Positions 29,075 to 42,800 are shown, numbered from the stretch's first letter. The stretch: 64,000 nucleotides of DNA from Eledone cirrhosa (GCA_964016885.1 CAXHJY010000690.1:29863-93862); one strand, 5' to 3'. The notes: a model not told the origin generated them from the sequence alone. Translations and numbers: made by a program.

Positions 29075-32000
29075 CTACAGGATGGTATACAGAGAAGGCC
29101 CATTTACACGAGCCATTCTCGCCACTATCACCCACCTTTCATAAAACTGCCTGTGGCCAAGCACCTCTCTCTCCATTCTTATCCTTCTTCCGAAGTGATA
29201 TCGGAAGAAGTAGAGCAGACTATGGCCAGAGAGGAAGTTGCCTGACCTCAGACCTTTCAATCGTGTCCACCAAACAACCTCTTTCAACATGGCTATTATG
29301 CACAGAAAAACCGCCTTTGGTTCCTTTGTGAAGAGGGGAGGCGGCTTGATTGTCATCACGGAATCGGCGGTCAATCGAATCGGCGCCACCCGCGACAGCA
29401 GTCGTTCGGCGTAGCCCCACAGATCAGCCACGCCCGGACAGTGCACCAATGCGTGCGCAACGGTTTCTTCGTGACGCACGCATCTAGGGCAAATCTTTTT
29501 CGAGGGATCCCTGCCCGGGCGCCCGTGTCTGTAGAGCTTTTCTTGAACGGGTAGAGCACCCCGGTAGCACTGCCAGGCCAGTGACTTCTGGAAGTTGTCC
29601 ATTGGTCCCGGGCCGAAAGTCCTACCGAACAGGCTGGCCAGTTCGTCTTCTTCCATGTCCAGCGACTCTCCAAGGGTGTCATCGCCCCTGCTAGCCACCA
29701 GCCTTCTATAGAATGACGAGGTGGATTCTCCACCGATGGCCGGGTCCGCTTGCCAGAGAGCCCTGAGCGCCTGGGCACACTCAGTCGCCCAGTTTTCCGG
29801 ATCTTTTCTTGACCCATGACTGCAGCTCGGTGAGCGAGACGAGTCTCGGAAAGGCTCGTCTCACGAACGGAGCCCACACCGGTTGACCAGTGAGGAATAC
29901 CTGTAGGTGCCGTAGCCTTAATGCGTGCCTACGCATCATCAACCACGGCAACCCCAGCCCTCCTTTCGAAGGTTGTTGGCAGCAGATGGAACATCTCACC
30001 ATAGGAGGGCGCTTCTTCCAAAGAAATTGAAAGAGCATGCGTTCCATGGTGGTGAGTGTTTCCTTAGGGCAAAGCACGACAGTCAGGCGGTAGTAGGTGA
30101 CGGATGCTATGTAAATGTTCGCCACCTCCGCCCGACCTTTCAGGGACAGCTTACACTTGGCCCATTTCTGGGTCAGTGCAAACACCTTGTTCGTAACCTC
30201 GCCCCAGTTCTTTTCTACCTGGAGGTCCGGTCCAAACCAGACCCCAAGCAACTTCACTGGGCCCTCCGTCCAGTGTCCGACGACACCGTCGGGAGGCATC
30301 GGTCTGCCTCTCCATGTTCCGAGTTGCAACCGATGGGTTTTTCCCGGTTCAGTTTCGCTCCTGACAACCTTTCGTATTCCCCCAGTAAGGTTCCGATCGC
30401 CTCGATCTCCGAGTCGGTCGATACCATTACTGTTACGTCATCGGCGTAGGCCGACACCGCTTTGCTCAATCCTGGTTCCAGGGGGATACCCTGCAACAGC
30501 TCCAACTTCCTCAGTAAAGGCTCAAGAGTCAATACGTACAGAAGGGAGGAGAGAGGGCACCCCTGTCGAATGGATCGTGTGATTTCGAACGGCTTCGAAA
30601 GGTAGCCGTTCACCTTGATCCTAGAACAGATGTGGTTGCTATGTAAGGCAGTGATCCAGCCTCTGAAAACAGGACCGAACCCAGCCGCCGCTAGCACCGC
30701 ATCCAGGTAACCATGGTCGACCCTATCGAACGTCTTAGACTGATCCAAGTTGATCAGGGCCCCACCGAAGCCGGGTTTGTTGCCAACCCTCTCTATGATG
30801 TATCGCATGAGGTGGAGGTTGTCGTGAATGGACCTGGATGGGATAGCACATGTCTGCACATCTCCCACCAGGCCACCCACGACAAGCGCCAACCTCTTTG
30901 CTAACACCTTGGCCAAAATCTTTAACTCTGTGTTTAGCAGGGTTATGGGCCGAAAATTATTTATACTATCCCCCTTGTTCTCATCCTTCCTCACCAGCGA
31001 GACTACGCCCTTGGCTACAGAACAAGGAATTCTCTCGTTCTGCTGCCAATTGCAGTAGACTGCTTCGAGGAGTTCGGAGAAGAAGACCGCCATTGCTAAA
31101 TAAAGTTTGTAAGGTATACCATCAAGACCTGGAAATTTGCGTCTGCTGCATTGGCTCAGTGCATCCCCGATCTCATCAGCCGAGATTGGTCCCTCGCAGG
31201 ACTCTGCCTCTTCGCTTGAGAGATGCAGCAGGCCGTCGAGGTATGGACCGAAATCCACGTCCCCACCCGGACCCTCGCCTCCCCCGAACAATCGGGCAAA
31301 GTGCCTTTGAAAGGCCTCACACATCTGCTTAGGCTCCCGGATCACCCGTCCAACCTCGTCTTGCAAAGACAGGATGGTGGATCGATTACCACTCTTAGCT
31401 TCTGTCACGCGGGCCCAGCCAACGGCTTTGGCCCCCTCATTATCTAGAGCACGTATTTTACTTCGAATGACGCAGCCTTCGTGCTTTGCATCGAAAAACT
31501 GGCTCAAGGCCGTCCTCGATGCCAGCACTCTGGCCACATCTTCGCTCTTGATTGCCTCTTCTAATTTACCTGTTAATTCTTTCTCGTTCCTATTCCTATC
31601 GGCAGCTAACATCTTGCTATAACTTATTGATTCTGTTCTAATCTCTCTTTTGAGAGATGCCCACCATCGGTTGTTGACGATTGCACCCGTCAACCTCTCC
31701 TTAACTAATCTGCTAATCCGGTCTCTGTAAGCCTCTTTTGCCGGTAAAGACAAATTAAGTTTCCAGTAACCGGGACCCTGTCTATGTGTTCTCTCGAGGT
31801 TGACTACGCAGGTCACTAATTTGTGATCTGTATAGCCAACCGTGAGCATTTTTGGACAGCTTAATATGTCCCTATCCTTACTTCTAACTAAGAATCTATC
31901 TAAGTACGATCTAGATTGACCACTGTGGTTCGTCCAAGTCCAGGTTGGCACAGTTGGAAAATCTAGTTGATATCTATCGACCAAGTTAAAATGGTCGAGT

Positions 32001-32395
32001 AACCCCTTGAGGCTGTTACACCCCCCTCTATTAGGACATGCTCCTGCATAGTCCCAACGTGCATCTAGGATGTCATTCCAGTCCCCCGCTAGAAGCAGGG
32101 AACGTGATGTTCCCAGAAAAGTCCAGACGCTGGAAGAAGTCGGGTCGTTCAGCTCCGAAAGGGGAGTAGACGGCGACCAGTCTCAAGGCCGCACCTCCAC
32201 TACTGCCAACGTCTAGCACCAACAAACGACCTTCCGGGTCCGAGTGAACAACCTGTACAGCGAGACACTGATCCGAGTCTCATAGATAACCATTACATTT
32301 ATACCACGTGACCCGAGGTCATTTAAAAGCTTTGCTTGCTTCCAAGTTGAGCCCAGGCCACGTGCATTCAAACATCCTACTCTTAACACATCCAT
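29075..32395 (-). pseudogene. Tx1 ORF2 (APE endonuclease, reverse transcriptase, C-terminal CCHC), frameshifted
   Basis: LRVGCLNARGL, SYLDRFLV, TDHKLV, GPGYWKLN, PGLDGIP, RPITLLNTELKILAK, RQGCPLS, YADDVTV, KGGLGLP, CPRC...EETVAHAL.HCP. Confidence 0.92.
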
Positions 32396-32428
32396 GTGGG
32401 CGGCAAAGCCAAAGGAGAGTGTAGAGAC

Positions 32429-34127
32429 CTACCTTTCTGCTTCCTGGGGTTCGGGTCGCACGACTTCCATGGGGTCGGGGGTGTTGGGTGAAGGGGTGTC
32501 TTGTGGTGTGGTGGGGTTGGGGTGTTTGGAGTTGTGTTGGGGAGGGAGAAAGCTTTTTAGGAGGACGCGGTTTATGGGTTTGACAGAGGGTGGTCCTACG
32601 TCCTCCTTAAAATCCTTTTTTAGTTTTTGGTAGAGGTTCATTGGGATCTTTATTAATTTTAAATGTGGGTAGATTTCTGAAGAAACAAAGTTTACCCCTT
32701 CGGTTTGTACCGAAGGGGTATTGTTTATGAGTTCATTTAATTTATTATTGTTTCTGTTGATGTAAGTATAGTGTAATGTCTTTTTTTCGGATGGTGTGAG
32801 TGTTTCAAAGAGGGGAGGGGCAGGTTTGGTTTTGTTTGTTGCTGGAGGGGTGTTTTGTTGGATTGTGTTGACATTTGGGTAGGGGCTGTTTGGTCTTGTG
32901 TGTTTTGCACATGTTTTCTTTTTTTCCTTTTAATCTGTCTGAAGGACTCCGTTTCTTCCTCGAATTCGTTGGGTTATCTTCAATGTTGGAGGGAAGAGGT
33001 ATGTTTGCTGGTAATGTTTCCGTGTTAGTTTTCTTTGTGGGGGAGATGGATGTCACTATGTTAGACTGTGTTGTGGCTGCGGTGGTTGTGTTGTTTTATT
33101 GAGTGAAGGGTTGGGTGGGACTGTTTTGTTTTTGGGTAATGTGTTGTCTGTTTGTGCTGTGGTGGTGGTGTAGTTTTACTGAGGGACGGGTTGGGTGGGA
33201 CTGAGTTTTGTTGTTTATCTGTTGTGGTGGAGCTGGTGTTGGTAGCAGGGTTTTCTTCTTGTTGAGTTGGGGACAAGCTGCCTTCAGGTGCCCTCTGCCT
33301 GCACAGATATGACAGGACGGCCTTCTACCCTCCACGCTAATGTTTATATACCCGTGGCCCTCTAATAGGATTCTGTCGGGTATTTGGGCAATGCGTTCAG
33401 GCTTCATTTGCACTACAAGTTCTATACCTGTTCCACTGAACGCATTGCCTGTGGTTTTCCCAATGGAAATCACGTCATTCGCTGGATCGATGAAGCCAGC
33501 TATGAGCCAGCAGTAGTCCATATCTGGCATCATCGCATCCAGCCATATGCGCTGAGTTCTTTTACCCATATAAGATGGATAAAAGGTAAAATTTGTCCAA
33601 TGAATCGGCGACAAAGCATATTTTTTTGCTGCCGATTCGTTCTTCGTAATAATGGCCAGGCTTCCATAGAGCCTGTCTCTTCTTATGAAAGTGGCTTCAT
33701 TAAGTACTTCTCTAAGTACCGCTTTAATTTCTGCTTGTGTTGGTTGTTGTGGCTTTTTTGAGATGTTGTTGATGGTGCGGAAAACGACCGTCCGACTTTC
33801 AATATCTTTGGTGAGTTCTTGGGGCATTTTTACCGACAAGGCTCCATTTTCCCACTGAGTTATGAATTGTTTGACGTTTTTTATTCTTTGTGCCACATCT
33901 GAAATATTTTCAGGTATGTATGTTAAAGATTTTTTTGTTGTTTGTGCAAATGAGATGTTATTGGTGTTGACTTTGTCATCTGTTTTGCTTTCTGTTATGA
34001 TGTTGTTGTTTTCAAATGTTATTTTTGTGTTTGTTGTTTCTTTGTTTGTGGTATTAATATTGTCATGCAATTCTTTAATTTTTTTTGTTGTTGGAATCAA
34101 TCTCCAGATTTGTGTTTTCGTCGACAT
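32429..34127 (-). pseudogene. Tx1 ORF1 (gag-like, CX2CX4HX4C knuckle CHICAGRGHLKAAC; low-complexity T/N/P/K tail), frameshifted
   Basis: ATG at 34127; ORF 33096-34139 plus downstream fragments 33061-33276, 32805-33056 and 32429-32641. Confidence 0.8.
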
Positions 34128-34510
34128 TTTTCTCCGCACATTCGTCTGTTTTTATTTTATTTTTTCTTTCCTTCTCTATGACGTTAGTTGGGAAGGAAGG
34201 GGAGGACTAAAGCGTGCGAGCTTACAACTCTTACCGCTGTCCCCCCACCACTATTTTCGTTAGCTTCATTTAACATTTCTCCCAGACGATTGAAATTTTA
34301 TGCAACAAAATTTTAAAAAACAGGTTTTTCACCCCTGGGAGGGGCGAAAATGAGCTGACCCACCGCCTGACAGTTGGGAGGGGGGGGTCAAGCTACACAA
34401 TAGTATCAAAATTAAAATTAAACTTACAAAATTTCTGCAATAAATTGGAACAAAACTTCTGCGCGAAGTAAATTACGTCTACGCTATCGAACAGACGACA
34501 GCTAGATGTG

Positions 34511-35210
34511 AGTTAGTGTTACAGATAGTTAGGTTATTTGCGTCACAGAATTTCAGGATTCTGGAGCCTTCCTCATTTCTAGTACCAAACCCATAGCCTC
34601 TATGGATTCTGTCATAGCCGTCACAATGTTGTCCAACGTGACCATTTTGGTTGCCAGCAATAATTATATAGTCACTGTCGGTTATTTGGGAGGTAGTGAG
34701 CACCAGTGTCTCATAGAATCTGTCTTTTATAGTGCCGGGCAGTCCGGATTGGGGTGCGTACGCAGATATTACTGTCACCATAGTTCTATTGAGGACAAGT
34801 CTTATTTTAATTATTCTGTCGTTCACTCTATTTACGTCTATTATCTTATCCGCCCACTTTTCTGCTACCATGATTCCTATTCCACCCATTGTCATTTCCC
34901 ACCCAGAAAAGCTTATAGCATCGTTCTTTACCAACGATGAATCTAGCAGACCCACCCCTCCACCTGGTCTCTTGAATACAACAAACATCGACCTCCTTAC
35001 GTTCAAGCATTTCTACAACCTCGTTAGAGCGACCCTTTAAGGTGCCTACATTCATGGTACCAACTCTGAAGTTTTGGATTGCGTTTGGAGGGTGGGAGAG
35101 GGGGGGGGGGAGATGGGGTTATGTTAACCATCCGCGGCCGAAACAAAGAGGAGGAGTCCTTGCATTCTTGTCCATGAGGTGAATTTGTCTTTATCTTTGG
35201 CATTGTCACT
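34511..35210 (-). mobile_element. Same RTE LINE, 5' part (apurinic endonuclease N-terminus)
   Basis: GTMNVGTLKGRS.EVVEML....VDVCCIQETRW, VISAYAPQSG, GN.NGHVG, GFGTRNEEG.RIL.FC..NNL.ICNT; joins 28846 across the TSD. The 5'UTR probably extends further, boundary unclear. Confidence 0.92.
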
Positions 35211-35643
35211 GAGCGTCCAGATTTTTTCTTTTCAACTCTCCAGAATTCCGTAGTCCATCCATCATATCGAAAGGCAACCAGGTAAGCGATAGCATAGGCC
35301 GCTGACTTATGATTGGCCCATGTAATAATGGTGGTGTGTGGGGGCGAGTGGGAGGGATATTGGGTAGTTAGCGAGAAGGTTAAAGTTTAAATAAGATCCC
35401 CGTATTTTGGGTATAATTTAACAAACATAAAACAATAATACAAGATTTGTTTTGAAAAATACGCTAGAAGTATCGAGTAGAAATGATACAGAATGATGAA
35501 TGGACTAAGGAATTAAAATGGTGAGAAGAGTGAAGAAATATTTGTACGTTACATTACACCATGAAAGCAGCCATCCTGAATAGGAATTAGCGATTTTGAG
35601 GTTTCGTACTTGCAGATACATATATATATATATACACACACAC

Positions 35644-35729
<86 letters not shown>

Positions 35730-35732
<3 letters not shown>

Positions 35733-36253
35733 AACGGAAAAAAATGAAACGAAATTTCATTTCCCACTCTTAGTACGGCTGTTACTTAAATATAAGTATG
35801 TACACGTACATACATATATGTATACAGACGTACAGTAGTATGTATATATATATACATACATGCACACATATATATATGTACGTATGGATTCACCGAACAC
35901 TTATTATAATGCTCGGTGTGTTTGTAAACAAACATCCCGTATTAAGCTGTAGTGTCTAGCAACCATCGTTGCTCGTTTGTTCAACACTGACAAAGGAGCG
36001 CTGTACTAGTTTCAAGCTTATTAGCTATTGTCAGCAACGTATACCTTCCTGCCAGATTGTTGAACGTATATACTTACCGTATGCATATTAACGGCTGAGT
36101 AGTCCAATTTGCATATTGAGTGGGTTAATCGGCCGGGTGCACCGAAAACGATAAACGGAAAAAAATGAAACAAAATTTCATTTCCCACTCTTAGTACGGC
36201 TGTTACTTAAATATAAGTAGGTACACGTACATACATATATGTATACAGACGTA
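35730..36253 (-). mobile_element. Non-coding element with 103-bp terminal direct repeats (421-bp period) and a hammerhead motif: non-autonomous PLE derivative / retrozyme-like
   Basis: 35730-35832 vs 36151-36253 differ at 2 positions; hammerhead-like motif at 35999-36039; abuts (TA)n at its 3' end; no ORF. Confidence 0.65.
35999..36039 (-). ncRNA. Degenerate minimal type I hammerhead ribozyme
   Basis: Minus strand CGUUG-CUGACAA-U-AGCU aaua AGCU-U-GAAA-CUAG-UA-CAGCG: 5-bp stem I, palindromic ACUAGU stem III, GUA site. Core G8 reads A and the base before GAAA reads U; both fit CpG decay. Confidence 0.6.
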
Positions 36254-36309
36254 ATCAGTTCCTGTCCCACCCTTGCAAGCAGGGAAAAGCGGACGTAAAA
36301 TGATGATGA

Positions 36310-36663
36310 TACATACACATATATTTTATAAATATATATATATATATATATACATACACATATATTTTATAAATATATATATCTATATACATACACATAT
36401 ATTTTATAAATATATATATATATATATATACGCACATATATTTTATAAATATATATATATATATATACACATACACATATATTTTATAAATATATATATA
36501 TATATATATATATACATACACATATTTTATATATATATATATATACATACACATATTTTATAAATATATATATATATATATACAAACATATTTTATAAAT
36601 ATATATATATATATATACAAACATATTTTATAAATATATATATATATATATACAAACATATTT

Positions 36664-36705
<42 letters not shown>

Positions 36706-36860
36706 CACATATATTTTATAAATATATATATATATATATATATACATACATACATACACATATATTTTATAAATATATATATACATACATACATATATAT
36801 ATATACATACATATATATATATGCACACACACACATATATACATTATATAAATATATATA
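36310..36860. repeat. TA-based minisatellite (CATATATTTTATAAAT(AT)n) between two RTE 3'-tail stubs (36255-36310 and 36876-36928, + strand)
   Basis: Visible units; both stubs read GTCCCACCCTTGCAAGCAGGGAAAAGCGGACGTAA(GAT)n. Confidence 0.8.
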
Positions 36861-39800
36861 TACTGACACCCTTGCAGTCCCACCCTTGCAAGCAGGGAAA
36901 AGCGGACGTAAGATGATGATGATGATGACAAATATCCTTTTTTTTTAATTTAATTTTAACTTTATCTCTTAAGTTACTAGAGGTTATTCTTCCTCTACCA
37001 CCACCACCACCATCATCACCATCCATCTACTTCTTGAGGGTTGGTGATTATGTTGCTGCACCACCACTATCATCTTCGTCACCACACACACCAAAGCCAC
37101 ATGGCTCATTTTTGCTTCAGTGAAACCAAGCTGAACTACAAGATAGAGCCCACTTACCCTTCACAGGCTCTGATGGTTGACATTAGTAAAAGTAATGAGC
37201 TGTAAAACACCAAATGCTCTCATTTGCACAACTTCCATGCACATAGGCTAGACTGATGAAATATGGATGTTAGAAACATTTACAGAACCAAACAAGGAAA
37301 AACCTACCTACACCCTCGCTCACCTCATTAAAACCTCTCCTACCCCTCCAACTACTAAGCTTTAAGTTCAGTTCAGTGTTTAATTGACAAAGTTTTGTCT
37401 GTCTTTTGTTTTAATCATATTTCCCACCATATGGCTTTCCATATGTAACATATCTCTGATAGATGTTGCAACAGTCTTCTTGGTGTCTGTGTATGTTATA
37501 AAAATGCCTAGCAGATCATTCTCATTTCAACCTTTTGTTTGTACTGGGGTGTTATTATGTTCCACAGTGTACCTAAATTACACACACACACACACCATAA
37601 AACTTAATGTATCTACAACATACTGTATTTCTCGGCACCAAAGCCGCTTCGTCCTCAAGGATGCACCCTAATTTTGTCAACCAAAGATTTGAAGAAAAAA
37701 TATAAACAACCTTTCGCCTCCAGGACCCATAGTAGATTTTTTAGACTTATTTTAAGAAAAAAGTAGCTTTAAGTTTGGTGAAGTAACTGTATATTATTTA
37801 TTCATTGTCATTGTTTAATGTCCGTTTTGTCTGCAAGCTTGGGTTGGGCATGTAATCACAGACCAGGTAGGCTGGGGGTCCTAACGTATGATCCTGCACT
37901 CTGAATGCATTTTATTGTGCCACACTAGGGAAGTTGTTATCCTTTTGCCATAGTTGAAAAGTTTCTCCAACCCTTTTTATAACTGGTTTTCTACATTTTA
38001 GAGAGTGTACTGGGTGATTGTTTATCAAGTGAATCACCAACGCTATCTGCTATCTGTAAAATGATGCTTTATATACAGGTTTGTAATGATGTTTTCTGAT
38101 TTAGTACATGGCCAACAACTTGGGGGAGGGAAAGTTTATTAAATTGACTCCAGTGTGTTACTGGTACTTTAGTTTATCAACCCTGTGAGGATGAAAGGCA
38201 AAGCTAATCTATGTTAGCATAGTAGAATGCAATGTTGCTAGGAATAGTTGAGTATCTTGTAAATTAAATTTCAATCTAACATTTTTTTCCTGTTGTTAAA
38301 TACTTCCTTTGATCTTCATTCAAATTTCTAGAACCTTCCATAATGGTGACTTATCAATTCTAAGAAATATTGCCACATTGTTCTTATGTTATATATATAT
38401 ATAGATATATATGATGATGATGATATGTTTTTTATATATATACATGATTATATATATAATGGTTTTGTTGACTACCACAATTTTTAATTTTGTTTTTATG
38501 GTTTCTTACTCCCTTCCTCTGTCATTCACCATCCCTTTGTCTCCCCTCTCCATCACTTACCCTCACCCATTCCTCCACCACTACCCTCCACCTCTTCTTC
38601 ACTCCCCTTCTCAACTTACCACATTTTCTGCCAGAAATATAGCAAATCCATTTTTCATGCTATTACATAATATAATTATTTCATGTTATAAGACACACTC
38701 ACACACAATCGCTCTAGTAGTGTTATTGTCCTATTCCTCTTATAAAAAAAAATTGCTGATCTTAATTCTGTCACTACTACTTCTATAAATGTTTCAAACA
38801 GAAGCACAAGACTAGACGTTTGTAGGGGTAATGGAGGGGTAGTTGATTAAGATGATCCTTAATACATGACTGGTACGTTATTTTAATGAACTCCAGAAAG
38901 ATGCAAAGCAAAGTTGACCTTGGTGGGATTTGAAATTGAATCATAAAAGAGCTGAAACAAACACTGCAAGGCATTTTGTCTGACATTTTTAATGATTCTT
39001 GAAACAAACACTGCAAGGCATTTTGTCTGACATTTTTAATGATTCTGTACCCATCCCATTAAAAATGTTTATTTTTAATCCTATTCTTTATTTTTAAATA
39101 TTTTTCTAAAGCTTACTTATTGAAGGTCTCTTTCTTTAGAGATTACAACCATACATTCAGGCAATAATACACACACACACATAGACACAGACAGACAGTG
39201 ATGTATAGTGTTTCCTATCATTGATATAGAGCACCTATACATTATTTGTGCTGAGGCTGTGACATTTGCAAATCACTCTTAGAGAGTGAACAGGTGTAGT
39301 CACACTTTGACTGAGGTGCCGTCTTGGATCAAGCAAATACCAACACTGCCTGGCATCAGGAATTTTGGCAGCTGCACACAACTAACTACAAATTGGGCAA
39401 TGTGGGTCAGTGGAAATTCCATGTTCTATAGACTATTGGTGAGCAAGTGCGACAATATTCTCATGAAAACTCCAGGATAAACTGACTAGTCTGTTCCAGA
39501 GGATTTTCGGTTCCAAGACTATGGATAGAATATCTCTCTCTCATATATGTACCTAGTCAAACTTATTACTATTTGGGTTATCAAGGAATTAAGAAATATC
39601 AAATAATTTTTTTTCACTTCTATTATATATCAAGAATATATATGTGTGTGCGTGTATATATTGTATATATTTATATATATATAAATATATATATATTTAC
39701 CCCCCCCCCCCTCCCCCCTCCCACACATATATAAAATATATTCTTTCATCTTTGTAGTTTGATATTTCTTGTATTTATATAGTTTCTTCATTTGGTTTAC

Positions 39801-42800
39801 ATGCTGAGTTGTTTCTGCGCTTGGATGCACTGTTTATTTACAAGGCTCATCATATTGCCAGCAAGAAAGTGTATGTTTGTTTGTTTGTATGCATATGTGT
39901 TTGTATATATATATGTTTGTTTGTATGTAAATATGTGTTTTGTATTTATTTGTGTGTTTCTATGTAAATATGTATGCGTATATATATGTGTGTGTGTTTG
40001 TATGTATATATATTTGTATGTAAATATGTATATGTATGTATATATATATGTGCATGTGTGTGTGTTTTGTAAGTATATATGTATATGCATGTGTATCAAT
40101 GTGAAATATTCATTAGTATATTATCGTTCATAGATATTCTGTTTAGTCTCTTCCACAATGTCACAGCCATTGCTCCAGATAGACTCTTAAAAGAGGAATT
40201 AGATTTGTTATTCAACAAAAGAGTACAATCCTTTGTGTTGTATATTTTAAGGAATGCATTTACAAATTTCTTTTTTTTTTATATAAAAAATACACTGCTT
40301 TGTGTATATATATAGTGATGGAAGAGGGAAGCACATGCATGTTAAACTCCATTTGTTATCTATACACACACATACACATGTTTACACAAGTTTATATACA
40401 CAATTCTATATACAGAATTTCTTGTATATATATAAAACTCTGTAGTCCTTTACTGTATATATAAAGCTGTGAAGTTCTTTACTGGTTCCAGCCATACATC
40501 CATTATTTTCATGTTATGGTTTGGTTGTCTGATTGATTATAATATCCTTTTGTTGTTGTTGGTATTGCATCTTTTAATGCCTTTGAAAGTGTATATGCAT
40601 ATTTTACATTACACACACACATGCAAACAAACACAAACACGTGCGCACCAGAAATGGAATGTATGAACATGACACAGTCTCTGACCCATCTAGGAAGGGA
40701 GCAACTCCTAACAATAACTGACTCAGACATGGAAAAGTAGACGTGTGATGATGATGATGATATATTTTTATATGAGAGTACGGTTGCCTTTGACCAAGAT
40801 GAGCATCCCACTATCTCTTTGTTCTTGAGTTCAAATCTGCTTCAATGGTTTGTCTCCAAATAGAAGAATATTTTGATTTTTACATGCTTTAATAATTTGC
40901 TCTCAAATCTGAATTGAATGCTGTTAGTTTGTCCACTGGCAGGTATTTCCTCTCTTCTAAATGTTATAATTGCAGAGTTAAGCATTGTGGCATTGTAAGA
41001 TTTCACAGAAAAATGGTGATGCTTTTGCAGTATATGAAATATTGTGGCTGTTGTCAGTATTGGTATTGGTGCCTGCTGTAGTCTTGAAAGGGTTACATCA
41101 TTTGAGGAATTCTATCAAGTGTTGTTGTAAACTCAGTTGGTTAGGGCTTAAGTCACTGAATTACTAATGTAAAACCTGAGGCACAGGTTCATATCTAAAT
41201 GATGCTATTGACATCTACAACAACGCTGATAATACATGAGTTACACAGGCATAGCTGTGTGGTTTAGAAATTTGCATCACAATCATATGGTTTCACATTT
41301 AATCCCATGGAGTGGCACATTGACAAGTGTCTTCTATAAATTCCAGTTGACCATTGCCTTGTGAGAAACATTTGGTAGATGGAAACTGTGAAAGTTTATC
41401 ATACAGACACACAATCATCACCATCATCGTTTAACATTGTTTTCCCTGCTAACAAGGATTAGACATGTCACTGACTTCTATGTTGGAGAAGCACATGCAT
41501 CCCAGTTATATGTTCCCTGTTATATACATATATATATATACACACACACACTCTCGCTAGCAAAGAAAGCGGCTGTTAAATGATAATGATATATAGCGTC
41601 ATGTATATCTTCACCCGACACTACATAAATAACCGGTAACATTTGTTCATGTCAGTCATAAACAATGTTTTGCAACTTAGTGATTCAACTGGTGAAGATC
41701 TGTGATATATGTTCAGAATAGGGTCATGAGTTGTGCGTGCTCCTCAATAGGTATCATACTCATCATGGCCTCTTTTTGAGGCAATGTTTTATGGCCAGAT
41801 GCCCTTACTGGTGTAAAAACTTCTTTAGTTGTTGCCTCTTGGAAATGACAAGGGGAATATAATACATCTACTATTGTATAGTTCCGTTAGATAACATGTT
41901 AACATATAATATCAATCAAGATAATATCAGATTTTCTACAATTGTGGGAAAAAAATTCTTTCTTAAATTTCATCAAATATCATTTAAAAAATATGCATCA
42001 TTAAGAAAGTTATGAAAGCAAGCCAGGTGTGGAGTGGTTAAACTATATGTCATACTAGAACTACATTATAGTAGATACAAGTAACAGCTATATGAGAGTT
42101 GATTGACAACAGTAACTGCAGCAGCGGAAGTATGTAGGGGAGACAAATGTGTCTAGTGTCGATTAGCTTTATATATGGTAATGTAAATATATTTACAATT
42201 CATCAATGTTTAAAAAAAAAAGAGTAAAAAAAAAATGATATAACGAAAGTGAAATGGTATAACTCAGCTGCGCCCCATGGACAAAATGACAAGGTATTGC
42301 TACAGAGAAGAGCCAGCAACACCTGCTGCACCAATCACTCTACCACACAGGGCTTATTCCTCGGGTGGGATGCACTCCTGATTTTGTGCAGAAAAATGAC
42401 TGTTTGGGAACCACGGTCTTGATGGCAACTAGCAGAGAATGAGTAATTGGTTGTGGAGAGAGAGAGAATACAGTATGAATTTTCATAAACATAATAGTAA
42501 TTAATAACAGGTATATATAACTAATTGCATTTTGAGAATAAAAGGTCAAGGATTCCCCCATATCTTACAGGAAAGACCCCCTTCCATTTATGTTTGAGAA
42601 ATGGGCAAAAATCCAAACCCTGTTTATAAACTGAGGCACTTTATGGCACAGTTTTGAAATTCTCATGAGTAGAGGAAATATTTACAAAGTTGTAATATTT
42701 TGATATTTAAAATATTTTAAGTGTTGTTTAGAGTATAGTTTTTGTTTCACAAATGATAAGTTGAAAGAGATCAACTAAGAGAACATGGTATAAGGATTGA

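Larger units (their letters stand above)
28847..34510 (-). mobile_element. Full-length Tx1/L1-clade LINE (5.66 kb) nested in the RTE
   Basis: 17-bp TSD AGTTAGTGTTACAGATA at 28830-28846 and 34511-34527; 5'UTR, ORF1 with zinc knuckle, ORF2 APE-RT-CCHC, 3'UTR ending in AATAAAGAAATA. Confidence 0.93.

Noticed and set aside
35210-35420. HDV-like ribozyme at the RTE 5' end
   Set aside because: I could not assemble P1/P2/P3/P1.1 pairings by eye; it needs a motif search.
36091-36150. Plus-strand hammerhead CUGAGUAGUCC...CCGAAA
   Set aside because: The core has U at G8 and there is no stem II partner (GGAC) before GAAA.
37250-37290. CUGAUGA...GAAAC hammerhead-like string
   Set aside because: No convincing stem I or stem III; looks like a decayed repeat tail.
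39286-39480. 64-aa ORF in a moderately GC-rich patch
   Set aside because: No recognisable motif; probably an old repeat relic.
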